This document shows positions 41,831-53,516 of a stretch of 64,000 nt of DNA, piece after piece. Every line of letters starts with the position of its first letter. Within the stretch, counting starts at the first letter, position 1. Origin of the DNA: Aeromonadales bacterium (GTDB lineage: Bacteria; Pseudomonadota; Gammaproteobacteria; Enterobacterales; Aeromonadaceae); NCBI GenBank assembly GCA_012518835.1, contig JAAYRH010000079.1:6791-70790 (forward strand), in the 5' to 3' direction. The notes under the pieces were generated by a model. That model ran no database searches and was not told where the DNA came from. It saw nothing but the letters and a program-made list of their open reading frames with translations. A program made the translations under genes and the position numbers.

Positions 41831-42335
41831 GCGGCCACCGAGATTGAATACGATAATAGGGCCCTTGCTCGGTGTGAGTAGACTGATATAAGCACAGCTC
41901 GCTTGGGCGATATATTAATGGAGTGATAGCCGGTAGTTCCGGTAAGCAAGGATGGCGAAATAGCGTAACATGCGGCCGATAAGCGCGATGCGGCGGGGCT
42001 AGTTTAAGTGAGCCACAGCGGTTATTGAGCTCTTGATAAAGTGTGGTTAATTCGACGGGCACTGTCGTGGGGCCGATCCACACGACGTTAGCGCGAGGAA
42101 AGCAACCTAATTGCTCCAAGCGTAACATAAAGCGTGGCAGCGCCATGGTGGACAGCTGGCTAAGCAACGAAGTGTATTGGCGTTCAGTTAGATTGCCTAA
42201 AAAACGTAGCGTCATATGCAGCTGCTCCGGCGGGATCCGTCGCCCAGATAGCGATAGTTTATCTTGTATTAGACCAAGAGGCGTCGCCAAAGAAGTGGCA
42301 GGAAAACCTAAAAATAAGCGTTGTGTTTCTGACAT
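41820..42335 (-). CDS. thpR: RNA 2',3'-cyclic phosphodiesterase (2H family)
   Basis: RLFLG, two HxT motifs (LHMTL, PHVTL). Confidence 0.93.
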   Translation of the reverse strand: MSETQRLFLGFPATSLATPLGLIQDKLSLSGRRIPPEQLHMTLRFLGNLTERQYTSLLSQLSTMALPRFMLRLEQLGCFPRANVVWIGPTTVPVELTTLYQELNNRCGSLKLAPPHRAYRPHVTLFRHPCLPELPAITPLIYRPSELCLYQSTHTEQGPYYRIQSRWPLKD

Positions 42336-42422
42336 GCCGAGCATAGTCCTTTGGCGGTGCATTTGGCACAATATTACCGATTTTTTGTATAGCAGGTAAC
42401 TTGATATCAATAGGTTTACAAA

Positions 42423-44855
42423 GTGACTCAGCTTCCCATCACAGCGGCATTGCCTCAACTAGAGGCGGCTTTGGATGCCAATCAAATTATTATTGAAGCC
42501 CCGCCGGGCGCGGGTAAATCTACTTGGTTGCCGCTGTGGTTATTAAAGCAATCGGCCATTAGCGGGCGCATTATTATGCTTGAGCCCCGACGATTAGCCG
42601 CACGCACCATTGCGCAATATTTGGCAAGCCAGCTAGGAGAGACCGTCGGCCAGCAGGTGGGTTATCGCATGCGTGGCGAACAGCGCACCAGTCAACACAC
42701 TCGGTTAGAAGTGGTGACCGAAGGGGTGTTAACGCGAATGCTGCAAGCTGATCCTGAGCTAACCGGCGTGGGATTACTTATTTTCGATGAGTTTCATGAG
42801 CGTAGCTTGCAAGCAGATTTAGCGCTGGCATTTGCATTAGAATGTCAGCAGCTAAATGAGCATCTTAAAATCATTATTATGTCCGCTACGCTAGAGGGTA
42901 TGGACTTAGCGCCACTGCTGCCCGACGCTCAGTATGTACATAGCCAAGGTCGTAGCTTTCCCGTTACCGTAAACTACCAGCCCCGCAACCAGCATACTCG
43001 GCTGGAGGAGGCCATGGGGCGGGCTATTCTAAGTATGCTCGCCCAGCATCAAGGCAGTTTGTTGGCTTTTTTGCCGGGCGAGCGAGAAATTCGCCATACT
43101 CAACGTTGGTTAGCAGAAAAAATAGCGGCTGATATTGAAGTTAGACCCTTGTATGGGCGCTTATCGTTAGCCGAGCAAATGGCGGCGATAGCACCGGCTA
43201 AGACAGGGCGACGTAAAGTAGTATTAGCCACGAATGTAGCAGAAACCTCTTTGACTATTGAAGGAATTCACTTAGTGGTCGACTCTGGCTTAGAGCGCCA
43301 AGCAGAATTTGAACCTCAGTCGGGCATGATCCGCTTACACAGTCGTTATATTGGTCAGGCCTCGGCCACGCAAAGAGCGGGCCGTGCGGGGCGCTTGGCG
43401 CCGGGCCAGTGTTTGCGGTTATGGAGCCAAGAACAAGATGCGCGCTTAGCACAGCGTCGCCCACCAGAAATAGCGCACAGTGATCTTGCGAGCTTGGTAG
43501 TAGAGTGCGCTGCCTGGGGCGCGCCGCCAGAGCAGTTACCCTTATTAACACCGCCCCCTGAGCCCTTATTAGCGGCGGCTCGTCACCAAGTTATGGCGTT
43601 GGGCTTATTACAAGATCAACAGCTAACACCGCTGGGGAAGCAAGTCTGGCAATTAGGCTGTGAGCCTTGGTTAGGAAAGCTGTTGCTTACGGCATTAGCA
43701 TGGCAGCGACAAGGCCATAGCGGTGCCTTAGGAGACGGCGTGTATTTAGTTAGCTTACTCGAAGAAGGGCGCAGTATTCCCGGAACACTGTCTGGGCAAA
43801 TATTGGTACGACAAAAAAGCTTAGCGCCTTTAGCCAAGCTGTGGTTTAAACGCTTACAGCAAACACCTGAGTTGCCTAGTGGCGAGTATATTGGGCCTTT
43901 GCTTGCCACCGCCAAGCCTGACTGGGTAGCTCAACTGCGCCAACAGGGGCGTTATGGACTAGCAGGCAGTTTAAGTGCCGACTTGCGCCACGATAGCCCG
44001 TTAATGGGCAAGGAAATGCTGGCGATAGCCCAGCTGGGGCGCACCGAGCGTGGCATTGTGATCCATGGAGCCGAGCCTATTACTTTAGGCCAGCTAGAAC
44101 GCTGGGTACCACAGCACTTTAGTACCATAGAACAGCTTAGTTGGGACTCAAATGCCGACAGGGTCACGGCCGAGCGCCAGTGGGTTTTTAGAGGGCTGGT
44201 GTTACACAGCACGCCCCTCGCCAACATCAGCGCACCACAAAAAGCTCAATGCTTGTTAAGCGAGATCATCCGCCGTGGCTGGTCTGCTTTACCGCTCAAT
44301 GAGCAAGCTCAACAATACTGGCAGCGTTTAACCTTAGCCGGACAAAAGTTGGCCGACCGCGGCTTTACTCCTTGTGAGCCAGCTCAGTGGTTAGCCGAAG
44401 CAGAGCAGTGGCTATTGCCTTATCTGACGGGGCTTAGCCGCTGGGAAGAGTTAAGTAAGCTGCAATGGAGCGAGATTTTTAAGGCCCGTTTAGACTGGCC
44501 TCAGCAGCAATTGCTAGATACTCTGCTGCCCAGCACGTTAAGATTGGCTACAGGAACCCAAGCCGCGCTTCGCTATCAAGCAGAGGGCGACCCTATTTTA
44601 CCGGTACGATTACAAGAAATGTTTGGTCAGTCGACTACACCTTTGTTAGCTGAAGGGCGAGTGGGCTTGATTATAGAGCTACTTTCACCAGCACGACGAC
44701 CCTTGCAAGTAACGCGTGATCTCGCAGCTTTTTGGGCTGGGGCCTACGAGGACGTAAAAAAGGAAATGCGCGGTCGTTATCCTAAACACTATTGGCCTGA
44801 TGATCCGGCAAATGCCACGCCAACCCGATACACCAAGAGACATATGAAGCAATAA
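42423..44855 (+). CDS. hrpB: ATP-dependent RNA helicase HrpB
   Basis: APPGAGKST, DEFHERS, SAT, ATNVAETSLTI, QRAGRAGR, C-terminal KEMRGRYPKH.WP. Confidence 0.96.
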   Translation: MTQLPITAALPQLEAALDANQIIIEAPPGAGKSTWLPLWLLKQSAISGRIIMLEPRRLAARTIAQYLASQLGETVGQQVGYRMRGEQRTSQHTRLEVVTEGVLTRMLQADPELTGVGLLIFDEFHERSLQADLALAFALECQQLNEHLKIIIMSATLEGMDLAPLLPDAQYVHSQGRSFPVTVNYQPRNQHTRLEEAMGRAILSMLAQHQGSLLAFLPGEREIRHTQRWLAEKIAADIEVRPLYGRLSLAEQMAAIAPAKTGRRKVVLATNVAETSLTIEGIHLVVDSGLERQAEFEPQSGMIRLHSRYIGQASATQRAGRAGRLAPGQCLRLWSQEQDARLAQRRPPEIAHSDLASLVVECAAWGAPPEQLPLLTPPPEPLLAAARHQVMALGLLQDQQLTPLGKQVWQLGCEPWLGKLLLTALAWQRQGHSGALGDGVYLVSLLEEGRSIPGTLSGQILVRQKSLAPLAKLWFKRLQQTPELPSGEYIGPLLATAKPDWVAQLRQQGRYGLAGSLSADLRHDSPLMGKEMLAIAQLGRTERGIVIHGAEPITLGQLERWVPQHFSTIEQLSWDSNADRVTAERQWVFRGLVLHSTPLANISAPQKAQCLLSEIIRRGWSALPLNEQAQQYWQRLTLAGQKLADRGFTPCEPAQWLAEAEQWLLPYLTGLSRWEELSKLQWSEIFKARLDWPQQQLLDTLLPSTLRLATGTQAALRYQAEGDPILPVRLQEMFGQSTTPLLAEGRVGLIIELLSPARRPLQVTRDLAAFWAGAYEDVKKEMRGRYPKHYWPDDPANATPTRYTKRHMKQ

Positions 44856-44857
44856 TT

Positions 44858-47185
44858 ATGGCTAAAAAACCCCGTAAAACTAAAAAAAAGCCCGTTAAAC
44901 AGCGTCGCTCCTGGTGGGGCTTATTGCTGAAAGTCAGTTTGGCCTTAGCGGTATTAGTTGCCATATTTGGCATTTATTTAGACAGTAAAGTACGCGAGCG
45001 CTTTGATGGCCAAAAGTGGGCACTACCGGCACTGGTTTACAGTCGCCCGCTGGAGCTATTTCCCGGACAAAGATTGTCTCATGCTCAAATGCTGCGCGAG
45101 TTACAGCTGCTAAACTATCGCAAAGTGGCCTCGCCAAGTCGGCCGGGCGAATATTCGGTGGGCAGTAATCGTATTGAAATTCATCGTCGCTCTTTTAACT
45201 TTTCTGATGGCGCTGAAGCCGCTCGTAATATGTTGCTCACTTTTGCTGGGCAGCGACTCGAGCGCATGCAAAACCCCGACAATGGCCGTGAACTTGGCTA
45301 TGCACGTATGGATCCGGTGTTACTAGACCGACTAAACGTAGAAAAACGTGAAGACCGCTTGTTAGTGCGCCTCGATCAAGTGCCGGAGTTACTGACTACC
45401 GCCTTATTAACCGTAGAAGACAAAGACTTTTATAAACATGGTGGCGTCTCACCGATGGCCATCATGCGTGCCTTAATGGTAAACATTAAAGCGGGCCGTA
45501 CGGTGCAAGGGGGCAGTACGCTAACCCAGCAATTAGCGAAAAACTTCTTTTTAACTCAAGACCGCAGCCTATGGCGCAAAATCCAAGAAGCCTACATGGC
45601 GGTGATCATCGACTTTCGTTATGACAAAGATGACATCTTAGAAGCCTATTTTAATGAGGTTTACTTAGGACAAAATGGCTCCCAGGGAGTGTTTGGCTTT
45701 GGTTTAGCCAGCTACTTTTATTTTGGCTTACCCCTGAATGAGCTTAATCCTGAGCAAATGGCCTTAATGGTCGCGTTAGTCAAAGGTCCTTCTTATTACG
45801 ATCCTTGGCGTAACCCAGAGCGCGCGCAGCAGCGCCGCGATCTGGTGTTGCGTTTATTGGCCACCGAAGGGCATCTAGATAAAGCAACTTACGAAAAAGC
45901 GATTAATACGCCATTGCAGCTCATTGAGCGTGGCCGTATGGGCTATGGCCGTACTCCGGCCTTTATGGGGCTGTTACGCCAAGAGCTACAGCAGCAATTT
46001 GGCGATGATTTCTTACGCCAAAATGGCCTAAAAATCTTTAGTAGTCTCGATCCCATCGCGCAGCACAGTGCTGAGCAAGCGGTGATCAAACAGCTGGGGC
46101 AATTACGTACTAATACCAATAAGCCAGAATTAGAAGGCGCTATGGTAGTAAGTAATTGGCGTAAAGGGGAAGTGAGTGCTGTGGTTGGCGGAGCCGATCC
46201 GAGCTTTGCTGGTTTTAACCGTGCTCTAAGCGCACGCCGCCCCATAGGTTCGTTAATCAAGCCGCCTATTTATGCCCAAGCATTAGCCGGAGGTTACACA
46301 TTAGGCAGCATGATTGATGATAAGCCCATACGGTTGCGCAACGAAGGTGGCAGTGTCTGGGAGCCTAAAAACTACGATCGCCAATTTCGTGGTCAGGTAA
46401 TGTTAGTGGATGCCTTGGCTAAATCACTGAACGTGCCGACCGTTAACTTAGGCATGGCGGTGGGAATCGAAAAAGTGATTAAAGGACTAAACCAGATGGG
46501 GGTACAACAAATGATACCGGCTTACCCTTCATTGATGTTAGGTACTTTAGAATTATCACCGCTCGAAGTGAACCAGCTGTATCTTACGCTTGCTAACCAA
46601 GGGCTATATCAGCCCCTGACCTCTATTCGTGCGATTCAAGACGATAATGGTGAGTTACTGTATCAGCATAATGCCAAGGCTAATCGCGTGTTAGCCGAGG
46701 ACGCTGGCTACTTAGCCTTATACGGCATGACTAAGGTGGTAGCAGGTGGTACAGCGTCGTTTTTAGCTGCCCGTTTCCCAAATAAGAGAATGGCTGGTAA
46801 AACAGGTACCACTAATGGTCTTCGTGATGCCTGGTTTGCTGGACTCGACAATGAGGAGTTAGTTAGTGTCTGGGTAGGTCGTGATGACAATGGTGTGACC
46901 GGATTAACCGGCTCTAGCGGTGCTTTACGAGTCTATAGCCGTTACTTAGATGACCGAGGAGTCAATGCTTTGGAGTTGCAAGCTCCGCAAGGGATCAGAG
47001 ACGTTAGCTTCTCTTTAAGTGATGGCATGCCGGCGGATCCTCGCTGTGAAAATACCCGTTTGCTACCCGCAGAAATGGCTACCTTGCCGCAGATTCGAGG
47101 TTGCCAGCCCGCGAAGCCGGCGATACAAGAAGCCGGTGAGCAAGTCGGTGATTGGCTGCGCGATATCTTCGATTTTTCAAGATAA
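44858..47185 (+). CDS. mrcB: penicillin-binding protein 1B (transglycosylase/transpeptidase)
   Basis: TM anchor, UB2H region, EDKDF, GGSTLTQQLAKN, SLIK, SLN, KTG. Confidence 0.96.
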   Translation: MAKKPRKTKKKPVKQRRSWWGLLLKVSLALAVLVAIFGIYLDSKVRERFDGQKWALPALVYSRPLELFPGQRLSHAQMLRELQLLNYRKVASPSRPGEYSVGSNRIEIHRRSFNFSDGAEAARNMLLTFAGQRLERMQNPDNGRELGYARMDPVLLDRLNVEKREDRLLVRLDQVPELLTTALLTVEDKDFYKHGGVSPMAIMRALMVNIKAGRTVQGGSTLTQQLAKNFFLTQDRSLWRKIQEAYMAVIIDFRYDKDDILEAYFNEVYLGQNGSQGVFGFGLASYFYFGLPLNELNPEQMALMVALVKGPSYYDPWRNPERAQQRRDLVLRLLATEGHLDKATYEKAINTPLQLIERGRMGYGRTPAFMGLLRQELQQQFGDDFLRQNGLKIFSSLDPIAQHSAEQAVIKQLGQLRTNTNKPELEGAMVVSNWRKGEVSAVVGGADPSFAGFNRALSARRPIGSLIKPPIYAQALAGGYTLGSMIDDKPIRLRNEGGSVWEPKNYDRQFRGQVMLVDALAKSLNVPTVNLGMAVGIEKVIKGLNQMGVQQMIPAYPSLMLGTLELSPLEVNQLYLTLANQGLYQPLTSIRAIQDDNGELLYQHNAKANRVLAEDAGYLALYGMTKVVAGGTASFLAARFPNKRMAGKTGTTNGLRDAWFAGLDNEELVSVWVGRDDNGVTGLTGSSGALRVYSRYLDDRGVNALELQAPQGIRDVSFSLSDGMPADPRCENTRLLPAEMATLPQIRGCQPAKPAIQEAGEQVGDWLRDIFDFSR

Positions 47186-47223
47186 TGCTTTCGTCACCAA
47201 GATTAAGTCGTGCCACATAAAAT

Positions 47224-47258
47224 AAAAAGGCCCGCTCTGTCACAGAGCGGGCCTTTTT
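47224..47258. terminator. bidirectional terminator mrcB / hemL
   Basis: AAAAAGGCCCGCTCTGT-C-ACAGAGCGGGCCTTTTT. Confidence 0.9.
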
Positions 47259-47288
47259 GTTCATACATTTTATTTTGTCTGGTGCTAT

Positions 47289-48578
47289 TTAGTTAGCTTT
47301 CATGGCTGCAAACGCTTTATCAGCCGCAGCTAGGGTATGAGCAATTTCCTGCTCGCCGTGGGCTAGTGACATAAAGCCGGCTTCAAAAGCGCTGGGTGCC
47401 AAATAAACACCTTCTTCTAGCATGAGGTGGAAGAAACGTTTAAAAGCGTCAATATCGCCACGAGTGACTTGTTCATAGCTGCTGATATTTTTTTCTTCAG
47501 TAAAGAAGAAACCAAACATGGCGCCCACTTGAGTAGTAGTAAAAGGGATGTCATGCTTATCGGCCGCGGCTTGTAGACCGTCCACTAGGGCTTTAGTGCT
47601 TTGCTCAAGTTGCTCATAAACACCGGGCTCACTAATGGCATTTAAGGTGGCCAATCCGGCGGCCATTGCCACGGGATTGCCCGACAGGGTACCAGCTTGA
47701 TACACAGGGCCAATAGGCGCGAGGGCTTGCATAACCTTGCGGCTACCACCAAAGGCACCTACCGGCATACCCCCGCCAATAATTTTACCTAAGGTAGTGA
47801 GATCAGGAGTGACGTTAAAGCGCTGTTGTGCTCCACCTAAGGCGACGCGAAAGCCACACATCACCTCATCAAAGATCAGTAAGGCATTATATTGATCACA
47901 AATCTCGCGTAAGCCTTGTAAAAACCCCTCAGCAGGTGGAATACAGTTCATGTTGCCGGCAATGGGCTCGACAATAATACAAGCAATGTCTTCTGGAGCC
48001 GCTGCAAAGGCTGCCTTTACTGAGTCAAGATCGTTAAAAGTGGCGGTCAGAGTGTGTTTAGCAAAGTCTGCAGGTACCCCTGGGGAGTTGGGCTGGCCTA
48101 AAGTTAGTGCGCCGGAGCCGGCTTTCACTAATAAACAGTCAGCATGACCGTGATAGCAACCTTCAAACTTTAAAATCTTATCACGACCAGTGTAGCCTCG
48201 AGCTAAACGAATGGCACTCATGGTCGCTTCAGTACCTGAGCTCACCATGCGCACCATTTCCATGGATGGCACCAGTTGGTTTACTTTTTCGGCCATGGTA
48301 ACTTCGCCCCGGGTGGGTGCCCCAAAGCTTAAACCATGCTCTACCGCTTCTAGTACGGCGTCTTTAACGACCTTTGCATTGTGTCCCAAAATCATCGGGC
48401 CCCAAGAGCCCACATAATCCACATAAGCATTGCCATCGACGTCATAAAGATAAGCGCCTTCGGCTCGCTCAATAAAGCGTGGTGAACCTCCTACGCCGTT
48501 AAAAGCGCGCACCGGTGAGTTAACGCCACCAGGAATAAAACGGCGAGCTTGGGTAAATAGATCGTCAGACTGAGACAT
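47289..48578 (-). CDS. hemL: glutamate-1-semialdehyde 2,1-aminomutase
   Basis: [32 protein letters not shown]. Confidence 0.98.
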   Translation of the reverse strand: MSQSDDLFTQARRFIPGGVNSPVRAFNGVGGSPRFIERAEGAYLYDVDGNAYVDYVGSWGPMILGHNAKVVKDAVLEAVEHGLSFGAPTRGEVTMAEKVNQLVPSMEMVRMVSSGTEATMSAIRLARGYTGRDKILKFEGCYHGHADCLLVKAGSGALTLGQPNSPGVPADFAKHTLTATFNDLDSVKAAFAAAPEDIACIIVEPIAGNMNCIPPAEGFLQGLREICDQYNALLIFDEVMCGFRVALGGAQQRFNVTPDLTTLGKIIGGGMPVGAFGGSRKVMQALAPIGPVYQAGTLSGNPVAMAAGLATLNAISEPGVYEQLEQSTKALVDGLQAAADKHDIPFTTTQVGAMFGFFFTEEKNISSYEQVTRGDIDAFKRFFHLMLEEGVYLAPSAFEAGFMSLAHGEQEIAHTLAAADKAFAAMKAN

Positions 48579-48735
48579 AGAATATCCTTTGGGTTAATAA
48601 AGCGGCGGCACGAGTGCCGAAGTGATTCGACTATAACAAAAAGCACTGACAGCGAAAATGATCGACGCCTACTTGCTGGTGTCGACGCCGACCTTTTGGC
48701 ACAATTAGCTCCTTATTTAGATGAGTAATTAACTT

Positions 48736-49371
48736 ATGTCTCAGTGGCTGCGCGCGCTTATTATTGGCTCTGTAGTACTTAACCTGTTATTAGTGCTGGG
48801 GTTAGGTTACGGTGGCTTTCATTACCAAGCGCAACAATCTTTACTTGAGCAGCAACGGCTAGCAGCCAGTGCCCAGCGCAAAGAAGTGCTGGCTTTGCAG
48901 TTGGATGTGCAAACGTTACTAAGCAGCGAAAGTCATCAGCTATTACAGCTAGAACAACAAGCCGAGCAATTAACTGAGCAAGCCCAGCAATTAGCTCTTT
49001 ATCAGCAAGTGCTCGCTCCCGATGGCAGTGGTGGCTTGACGTTGGCGCAAGAAGAAATTACGCCTTTGGCTGAGGTTGGGCACTTTGCTTACCGGTTAGT
49101 ATTGTTGCACCCTCATAACAAGGACGCTCGCTTAACAGGCCAAGCTCAACTTAGGGTGCGAGCGCTACAAGAGGGGCAGTCAGTGCTATTAGACCCGGCA
49201 CAACTTGGTGTCACTCCGGTAACCTTGGACTTTCGCCACTTTCAGGTCTTGACCGGACAACTACAATTACCCACAAATAGTGTGCCCCAAACCCTAGAAG
49301 TCCAGTTAACATTAGATAACAGCGAGTCACGCACCTTAAGCCTTAATTGGCCTAGCGCTAACAATACTTGA
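48736..49371 (+). CDS. membrane-anchored coiled-coil hypothetical protein (DUF6776-like)
   Basis: N-terminal TM, Q-rich coiled coil, LALYQQVLAP, F.HFQ..G...LP pattern; upstream of erpA. Confidence 0.7.
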   Translation: MSQWLRALIIGSVVLNLLLVLGLGYGGFHYQAQQSLLEQQRLAASAQRKEVLALQLDVQTLLSSESHQLLQLEQQAEQLTEQAQQLALYQQVLAPDGSGGLTLAQEEITPLAEVGHFAYRLVLLHPHNKDARLTGQAQLRVRALQEGQSVLLDPAQLGVTPVTLDFRHFQVLTGQLQLPTNSVPQTLEVQLTLDNSESRTLSLNWPSANNT

Positions 49372-49422
49372 TCTGTTTACTGGGGTATTAGATAATTTGT
49401 TCAATAACTAAGCTAAGAGGTA

Positions 49423-49770
49423 ATGATGAGCCAAGCAAATCCTTTGCCAATCGAGATGAGCGATGCGGCGGCGGCCAAAATACAGGCCCTGATCAGTGAA
49501 GAGGAAAACCCTGAGCTGCGCCTGCGAGTGTACATCACTGGGGGTGGTTGTTCGGGTTTTGAATACGGTTTTACGTTTGATGAGAAAACCAACGAAGGTG
49601 ATACTGTTATTGAAAAAAATGGCGTCACCATGGTGGTCGATGGCATGAGTCTACAATATTTAGTGGGTGGTACCGTTGACTATATTGATGGCTTAGCGGG
49701 CTCGCGCTTTTTAGTTACTAACCCTAATGCGACCAGTACTTGTGGTTGTGGATCTTCTTTTAGTGTCTAA
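49423..49770 (+). CDS. erpA: Fe-S cluster insertion protein ErpA
   Basis: [18 protein letters not shown]. Confidence 0.96.
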   Translation: MMSQANPLPIEMSDAAAAKIQALISEEENPELRLRVYITGGGCSGFEYGFTFDEKTNEGDTVIEKNGVTMVVDGMSLQYLVGGTVDYIDGLAGSRFLVTNPNATSTCGCGSSFSV

Positions 49771-49796
49771 GGCAACAGCATTGATGGCGGTGACGT

Positions 49797-50120
49797 ATGT
49801 CAGTATTTGATTGGTTTAGCGGCGCCGATAAAGGCAGCCCCGATGCTCCCAGCGTAGACAGTAGCGACAAGCTGGCGCTTTATGAAAGTGCGTGGTGTCC
49901 GTTTTGTGAGCGGGTCAGCCGCACTATTGAGCAGTTAGGACTAGATATTCAACGTTGTGACACCGGGCAAGCCGCGCATGCTCAAGCCTTAGTTGCCGGT
50001 GGTGGCAAACGTATGGTGCCCTGCCTAAGAATAGAAACCGCGCCTGATGAATATTTTTGGTTATATGAGTCGGCGGATATCATGGCGTATTTACGTGCTC
50101 ACGCTGAGCGGCAAAAGTGA
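49797..50120 (+). CDS. glutaredoxin-like / GST-N domain protein
   Basis: [22 protein letters not shown]. Confidence 0.88.
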   Translation: MSVFDWFSGADKGSPDAPSVDSSDKLALYESAWCPFCERVSRTIEQLGLDIQRCDTGQAAHAQALVAGGGKRMVPCLRIETAPDEYFWLYESADIMAYLRAHAERQK

Positions 50121-50551
50121 TCGACTTTCAGTTACATCCACAGTTGAGTGGCGATACTCAATGGCTAGGTGACTTGCCTTTATGTCAGGTGTTATTGGCT
50201 AATGACAGCCGCTACCCGTGGTTAATCCTTGTGCCTAGGCGCGCCGGCACTCGTGAGCTGCATGAGTTAAGCGAAGCTCAGCAACAGCAATTTATGCGAG
50301 AGTCGAGCGCTGTTAGTCAGCTTATGGCAAGTGAGTTGGCGGCGGATAAAATTAATATCGCAGCGCTAGGAAATATGGTGCCACAGCTACACGTGCATCA
50401 TGTAGCGCGCTTTACTAGTGATGACGCCTGGCCCGATCCCATCTGGGGCAAGTTCCCGGCACTGGCCTATGCTGAGCTGGCTGCTGAAGTCACATGGTGG
50501 CAACAGCGGCTCGGTACACTTGTTACGTTTTCCCCTTCACGCTCAAATTAG
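50117..50551 (+). CDS. HIT domain protein
   Basis: [31 protein letters not shown]. Confidence 0.9.
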   Translation: MIDFQLHPQLSGDTQWLGDLPLCQVLLANDSRYPWLILVPRRAGTRELHELSEAQQQQFMRESSAVSQLMASELAADKINIAALGNMVPQLHVHHVARFTSDDAWPDPIWGKFPALAYAELAAEVTWWQQRLGTLVTFSPSRSN

Positions 50552-50763
50552 CTTACACAGACGCACTAAGATTCTTTTAATTAAGAGGTGTGCTTGACCT
50601 GTCTTGCTAGGCAAGCCGCTCGCGTTTTTAACAGTCTTTCCAATTTATCCGCTATTCCAGTAATATGCGGGCTTAATTTTATTGCGTCTATCCATAATTG
50701 TTGCGAATAGTCAGCGCTATTCGCAACCGTTATTTAGGTGCACAACATAGGAGTAGAGTGGGC

Positions 50764-51960
50764 ATGGCTCAGTTAGCAGCGGCATTAGCAGAAATAAAAC
50801 GCGGTATCGACGAGATACTGGTAGAAGATGAGCTGATCGCAAAACTAAAACTTAATCGCCCGTTGCGGGTCAAGTTAGGCATGGATCCCACGGCGCCGGA
50901 TATCCATTTGGGACACACGGTTATTCTCAATAAATTGCGCCAGTTTCAAGACTTAGGGCACCAAGTTTTGTTATTAATTGGCGACTTTACAGCCCAAGTA
51001 GGGGATCCCAGCGGTAAAAACTCCACTCGCCCGCCATTGACGCCTGAAGAAGTAGCCGCTAATGCGCAGACCTATGCCGAGCAAGCCTTTAAAGTATTAG
51101 ATCCGGCAAAAACCGACATCGTCTACAACTCTCATTGGTTAGGAAAGCTAGGGGCTACGGGTCTTATTCAGTTAGCGGCCAAGCAAACGGTAGCGCGTAT
51201 GTTAGAGCGTGATGATTTTAAAAAACGTTATAGCTCGAATCAGGCCATTGCGATTCATGAGTTTATTTATCCGCTGTTACAAGGTCATGACTCGGTTGAG
51301 CTTAAAGCCGATATCGAGTTAGGTGGTACCGATCAGAAGTTTAACTTGCTGATGGGGCGTGAGCTGCAAAAAGAAGCCGGGCAGTCCCCACAAGTGGTGA
51401 TCACCATGCCTTTATTAGAAGGCTTAGATGGTGTGAAGAAAATGTCTAAGTCGGCTAATAACTATATTGGCGTCGATGAAGCACCGGCAGAGATGTTTGG
51501 TAAAATCATGTCGCTGTCCGATGATATGATGTGGCGCTACTTTGAGCTGCTTTCTCGTCGTAGTTTAGAAGAGCTGGCCGCTTTGCATCAACAAGTGGCC
51601 GAGGGCACCAATCCTCGTGATATTAAGATTTTATTAGCCAAAGAAATTATTACTCGTTATCACGATGCTACTGCGGCCGAGCAGGCGCATCAGGCCTTTG
51701 TGGATCGCTTTCAAAAGAATGCCATTCCCGATGACATGCCAGAAGTGACTCTGGTTGCGCAAGGCGAAGGGCTAGCGATTGCTAACTTATTAAAAGACGC
51801 CCAACTGGTGGCTTCTACTTCTGAAGCCTTGCGCATGATCAAACAAGGTGCGGTGCGAGTTGATGGTGATAAGTTGGAAGACACTAAGGCGGTCGTTAGC
51901 CAAGGGGTGGCCGTATACCAAGTGGGTAAGCGTAAGTTTGCTCGAGTAACGGTGGCGTAA
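50764..51960 (+). CDS. tyrS: tyrosyl-tRNA synthetase
   Basis: [25 protein letters not shown]-terminal S4 domain; start at MAQLAA. Confidence 0.97.
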   Translation: MAQLAAALAEIKRGIDEILVEDELIAKLKLNRPLRVKLGMDPTAPDIHLGHTVILNKLRQFQDLGHQVLLLIGDFTAQVGDPSGKNSTRPPLTPEEVAANAQTYAEQAFKVLDPAKTDIVYNSHWLGKLGATGLIQLAAKQTVARMLERDDFKKRYSSNQAIAIHEFIYPLLQGHDSVELKADIELGGTDQKFNLLMGRELQKEAGQSPQVVITMPLLEGLDGVKKMSKSANNYIGVDEAPAEMFGKIMSLSDDMMWRYFELLSRRSLEELAALHQQVAEGTNPRDIKILLAKEIITRYHDATAAEQAHQAFVDRFQKNAIPDDMPEVTLVAQGEGLAIANLLKDAQLVASTSEALRMIKQGAVRVDGDKLEDTKAVVSQGVAVYQVGKRKFARVTVA

Positions 51961-51986
51961 CTAGCTAGCAAACCAAGTGATGGTGC

Positions 51987-52016
51987 AAAGGCCGCTTTTG
52001 TAAGCGGCCTTTTTTA
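51987..52016. terminator. bidirectional terminator tyrS / yadS
   Basis: AAAGGCCGCTT-TTGT-AAGCGGCCTTTTTT. Confidence 0.85.
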
Positions 52017-52020
52017 TAGG

Positions 52021-52650
52021 CTAGCGGTGCAAAGCAAAGATAGGTAAGGATAAATGCCAACGAATAGCAGCGGTACGTAAGATAAGAGTACCAGACATGC
52101 CTAAAACGGTGGCCAGTAACGTTGCCATTCCTAGCGCGAGCGAACCCGTATAAATAATGCCACCCAACACACTGGCAGTGGCATAAATTTCGCGCTGCAA
52201 TACCATGGGAATTTCTCGGGCTAATACATCGCGGATCATGCCACCGGCGACGCCGGTAATAACGCCCATCACCACAGCAACCATGCCAGAGTAACCATAT
52301 TCCAGCGCTTTTTCGGCGCCAATAATGGTAAAAATAGCTAAGCCAAAGGCATCGGCCAACGGCAGAATATACCAAGGTAAGCGCCGTGGGAGTTTAGCCA
52401 TAAACTGGCCAATTAAAGCGGTGCCTAAAATCACCCATAAGTACCAAGAGTCCACGGTCCAAAATACCTTGTCGGCCCCAATGATAAGGTCTCGAATAGT
52501 ACCGCCGCCAATAGCGGTAACCGCCGCCAGTACGATGACGCCAAAGCCATCCATGCGCAAGCGCCCCGCCATTAATACGCCCGAAAAAGCAAATACCGCC
52601 GTACCAAATAAATCACTCCAGTAGAATATAGTCTGCATGAGCGGCTGCAT
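52021..52650 (-). CDS. yadS: TRIC cation channel / UPF0126 membrane protein (YadS-like)
   Basis: Duplicated repeat: FAFSG...[10 protein letters not shown] and DAFGL...[10 protein letters not shown]. Confidence 0.88.
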   Translation of the reverse strand: MQPLMQTIFYWSDLFGTAVFAFSGVLMAGRLRMDGFGVIVLAAVTAIGGGTIRDLIIGADKVFWTVDSWYLWVILGTALIGQFMAKLPRRLPWYILPLADAFGLAIFTIIGAEKALEYGYSGMVAVVMGVITGVAGGMIRDVLAREIPMVLQREIYATASVLGGIIYTGSLALGMATLLATVLGMSGTLILRTAAIRWHLSLPIFALHR

Positions 52651-52688
52651 TAATAAGTCCTCTTCCATAAGGTAATAAGTGGTTGGGT

Positions 52689-53516
52689 TTAGCGTCCTAA
52701 TTCTGTGAGGACACGTGCCTTATCGAGCTGCTGGCAGAGAGTGCGGATCCCTTGAGGGGTGCGAGTAGTAAAGCGATTAAGTAAATTAGTATCAATGGTA
52801 AGTAATTGCTTATTGGCTACCGCTGTTAAGGCGGGCCATTGCTGCCATCGTTGTAAGTCTTCGCTATTGCCCGCCACTATCACTTTGGGATCTTGCGCTA
52901 ATACTTGCTCTGCATTCACTTGCGGATAAGGAGCGGGGCTGTTGCCCATAATATTAACGCCTCCACATAGCTCGATGGCTTGGCCCATCCACGTCGTGTT
53001 ATTGGCTGACATTAAAGGGGAGCTGGCAATTTGATAGAAGACGCTGATCGGTTTAGCCTCGGCGTAGTCTACGGTTAAATCGGCTAACTCTTGCTGATAC
53101 TGAGCTACTACCGCAGCGGCTTGTTGCTGGGTCCCCGTTAGCTCACTTAGTGCTACTAACTCATCAGCGAGAGCAGCAAAGTTCTGCGGCTCAGAGTAAA
53201 AGACGGGGATCCCCAACTGGGCTAAAGGCTGGACTTGCTGGCGCTGAGCGCTGTCCCAGACCACAATTAAATCGGGCGCTAGCGCTAATATTTGCTCCAC
53301 ATTTAAAGAGCGATAGTTGGCGACTTTGGGCAGTTGGTTGGCTGCCGCCGGATAATCACTGGACTCATCTACCGCAATCACGCGCTCACCAGCATCAATA
53401 GCAAACAGCATCTCTGTAGCGTGAGGAACCAAACTCACAATGCGTTGCGCAGGGGCGGCACTCACCACCGAGCTGAGCGCCACGCTCAACCAGAATAAAA
53501 AAGTGGGTTTAACCAT
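52689..53516 (-). CDS. btuF: vitamin B12-binding periplasmic protein BtuF
   Basis: [31 protein letters not shown]...R...G...LC. Confidence 0.88.
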   Translation of the reverse strand: MVKPTFLFWLSVALSSVVSAAPAQRIVSLVPHATEMLFAIDAGERVIAVDESSDYPAAANQLPKVANYRSLNVEQILALAPDLIVVWDSAQRQQVQPLAQLGIPVFYSEPQNFAALADELVALSELTGTQQQAAAVVAQYQQELADLTVDYAEAKPISVFYQIASSPLMSANNTTWMGQAIELCGGVNIMGNSPAPYPQVNAEQVLAQDPKVIVAGNSEDLQRWQQWPALTAVANKQLLTIDTNLLNRFTTRTPQGIRTLCQQLDKARVLTELGR

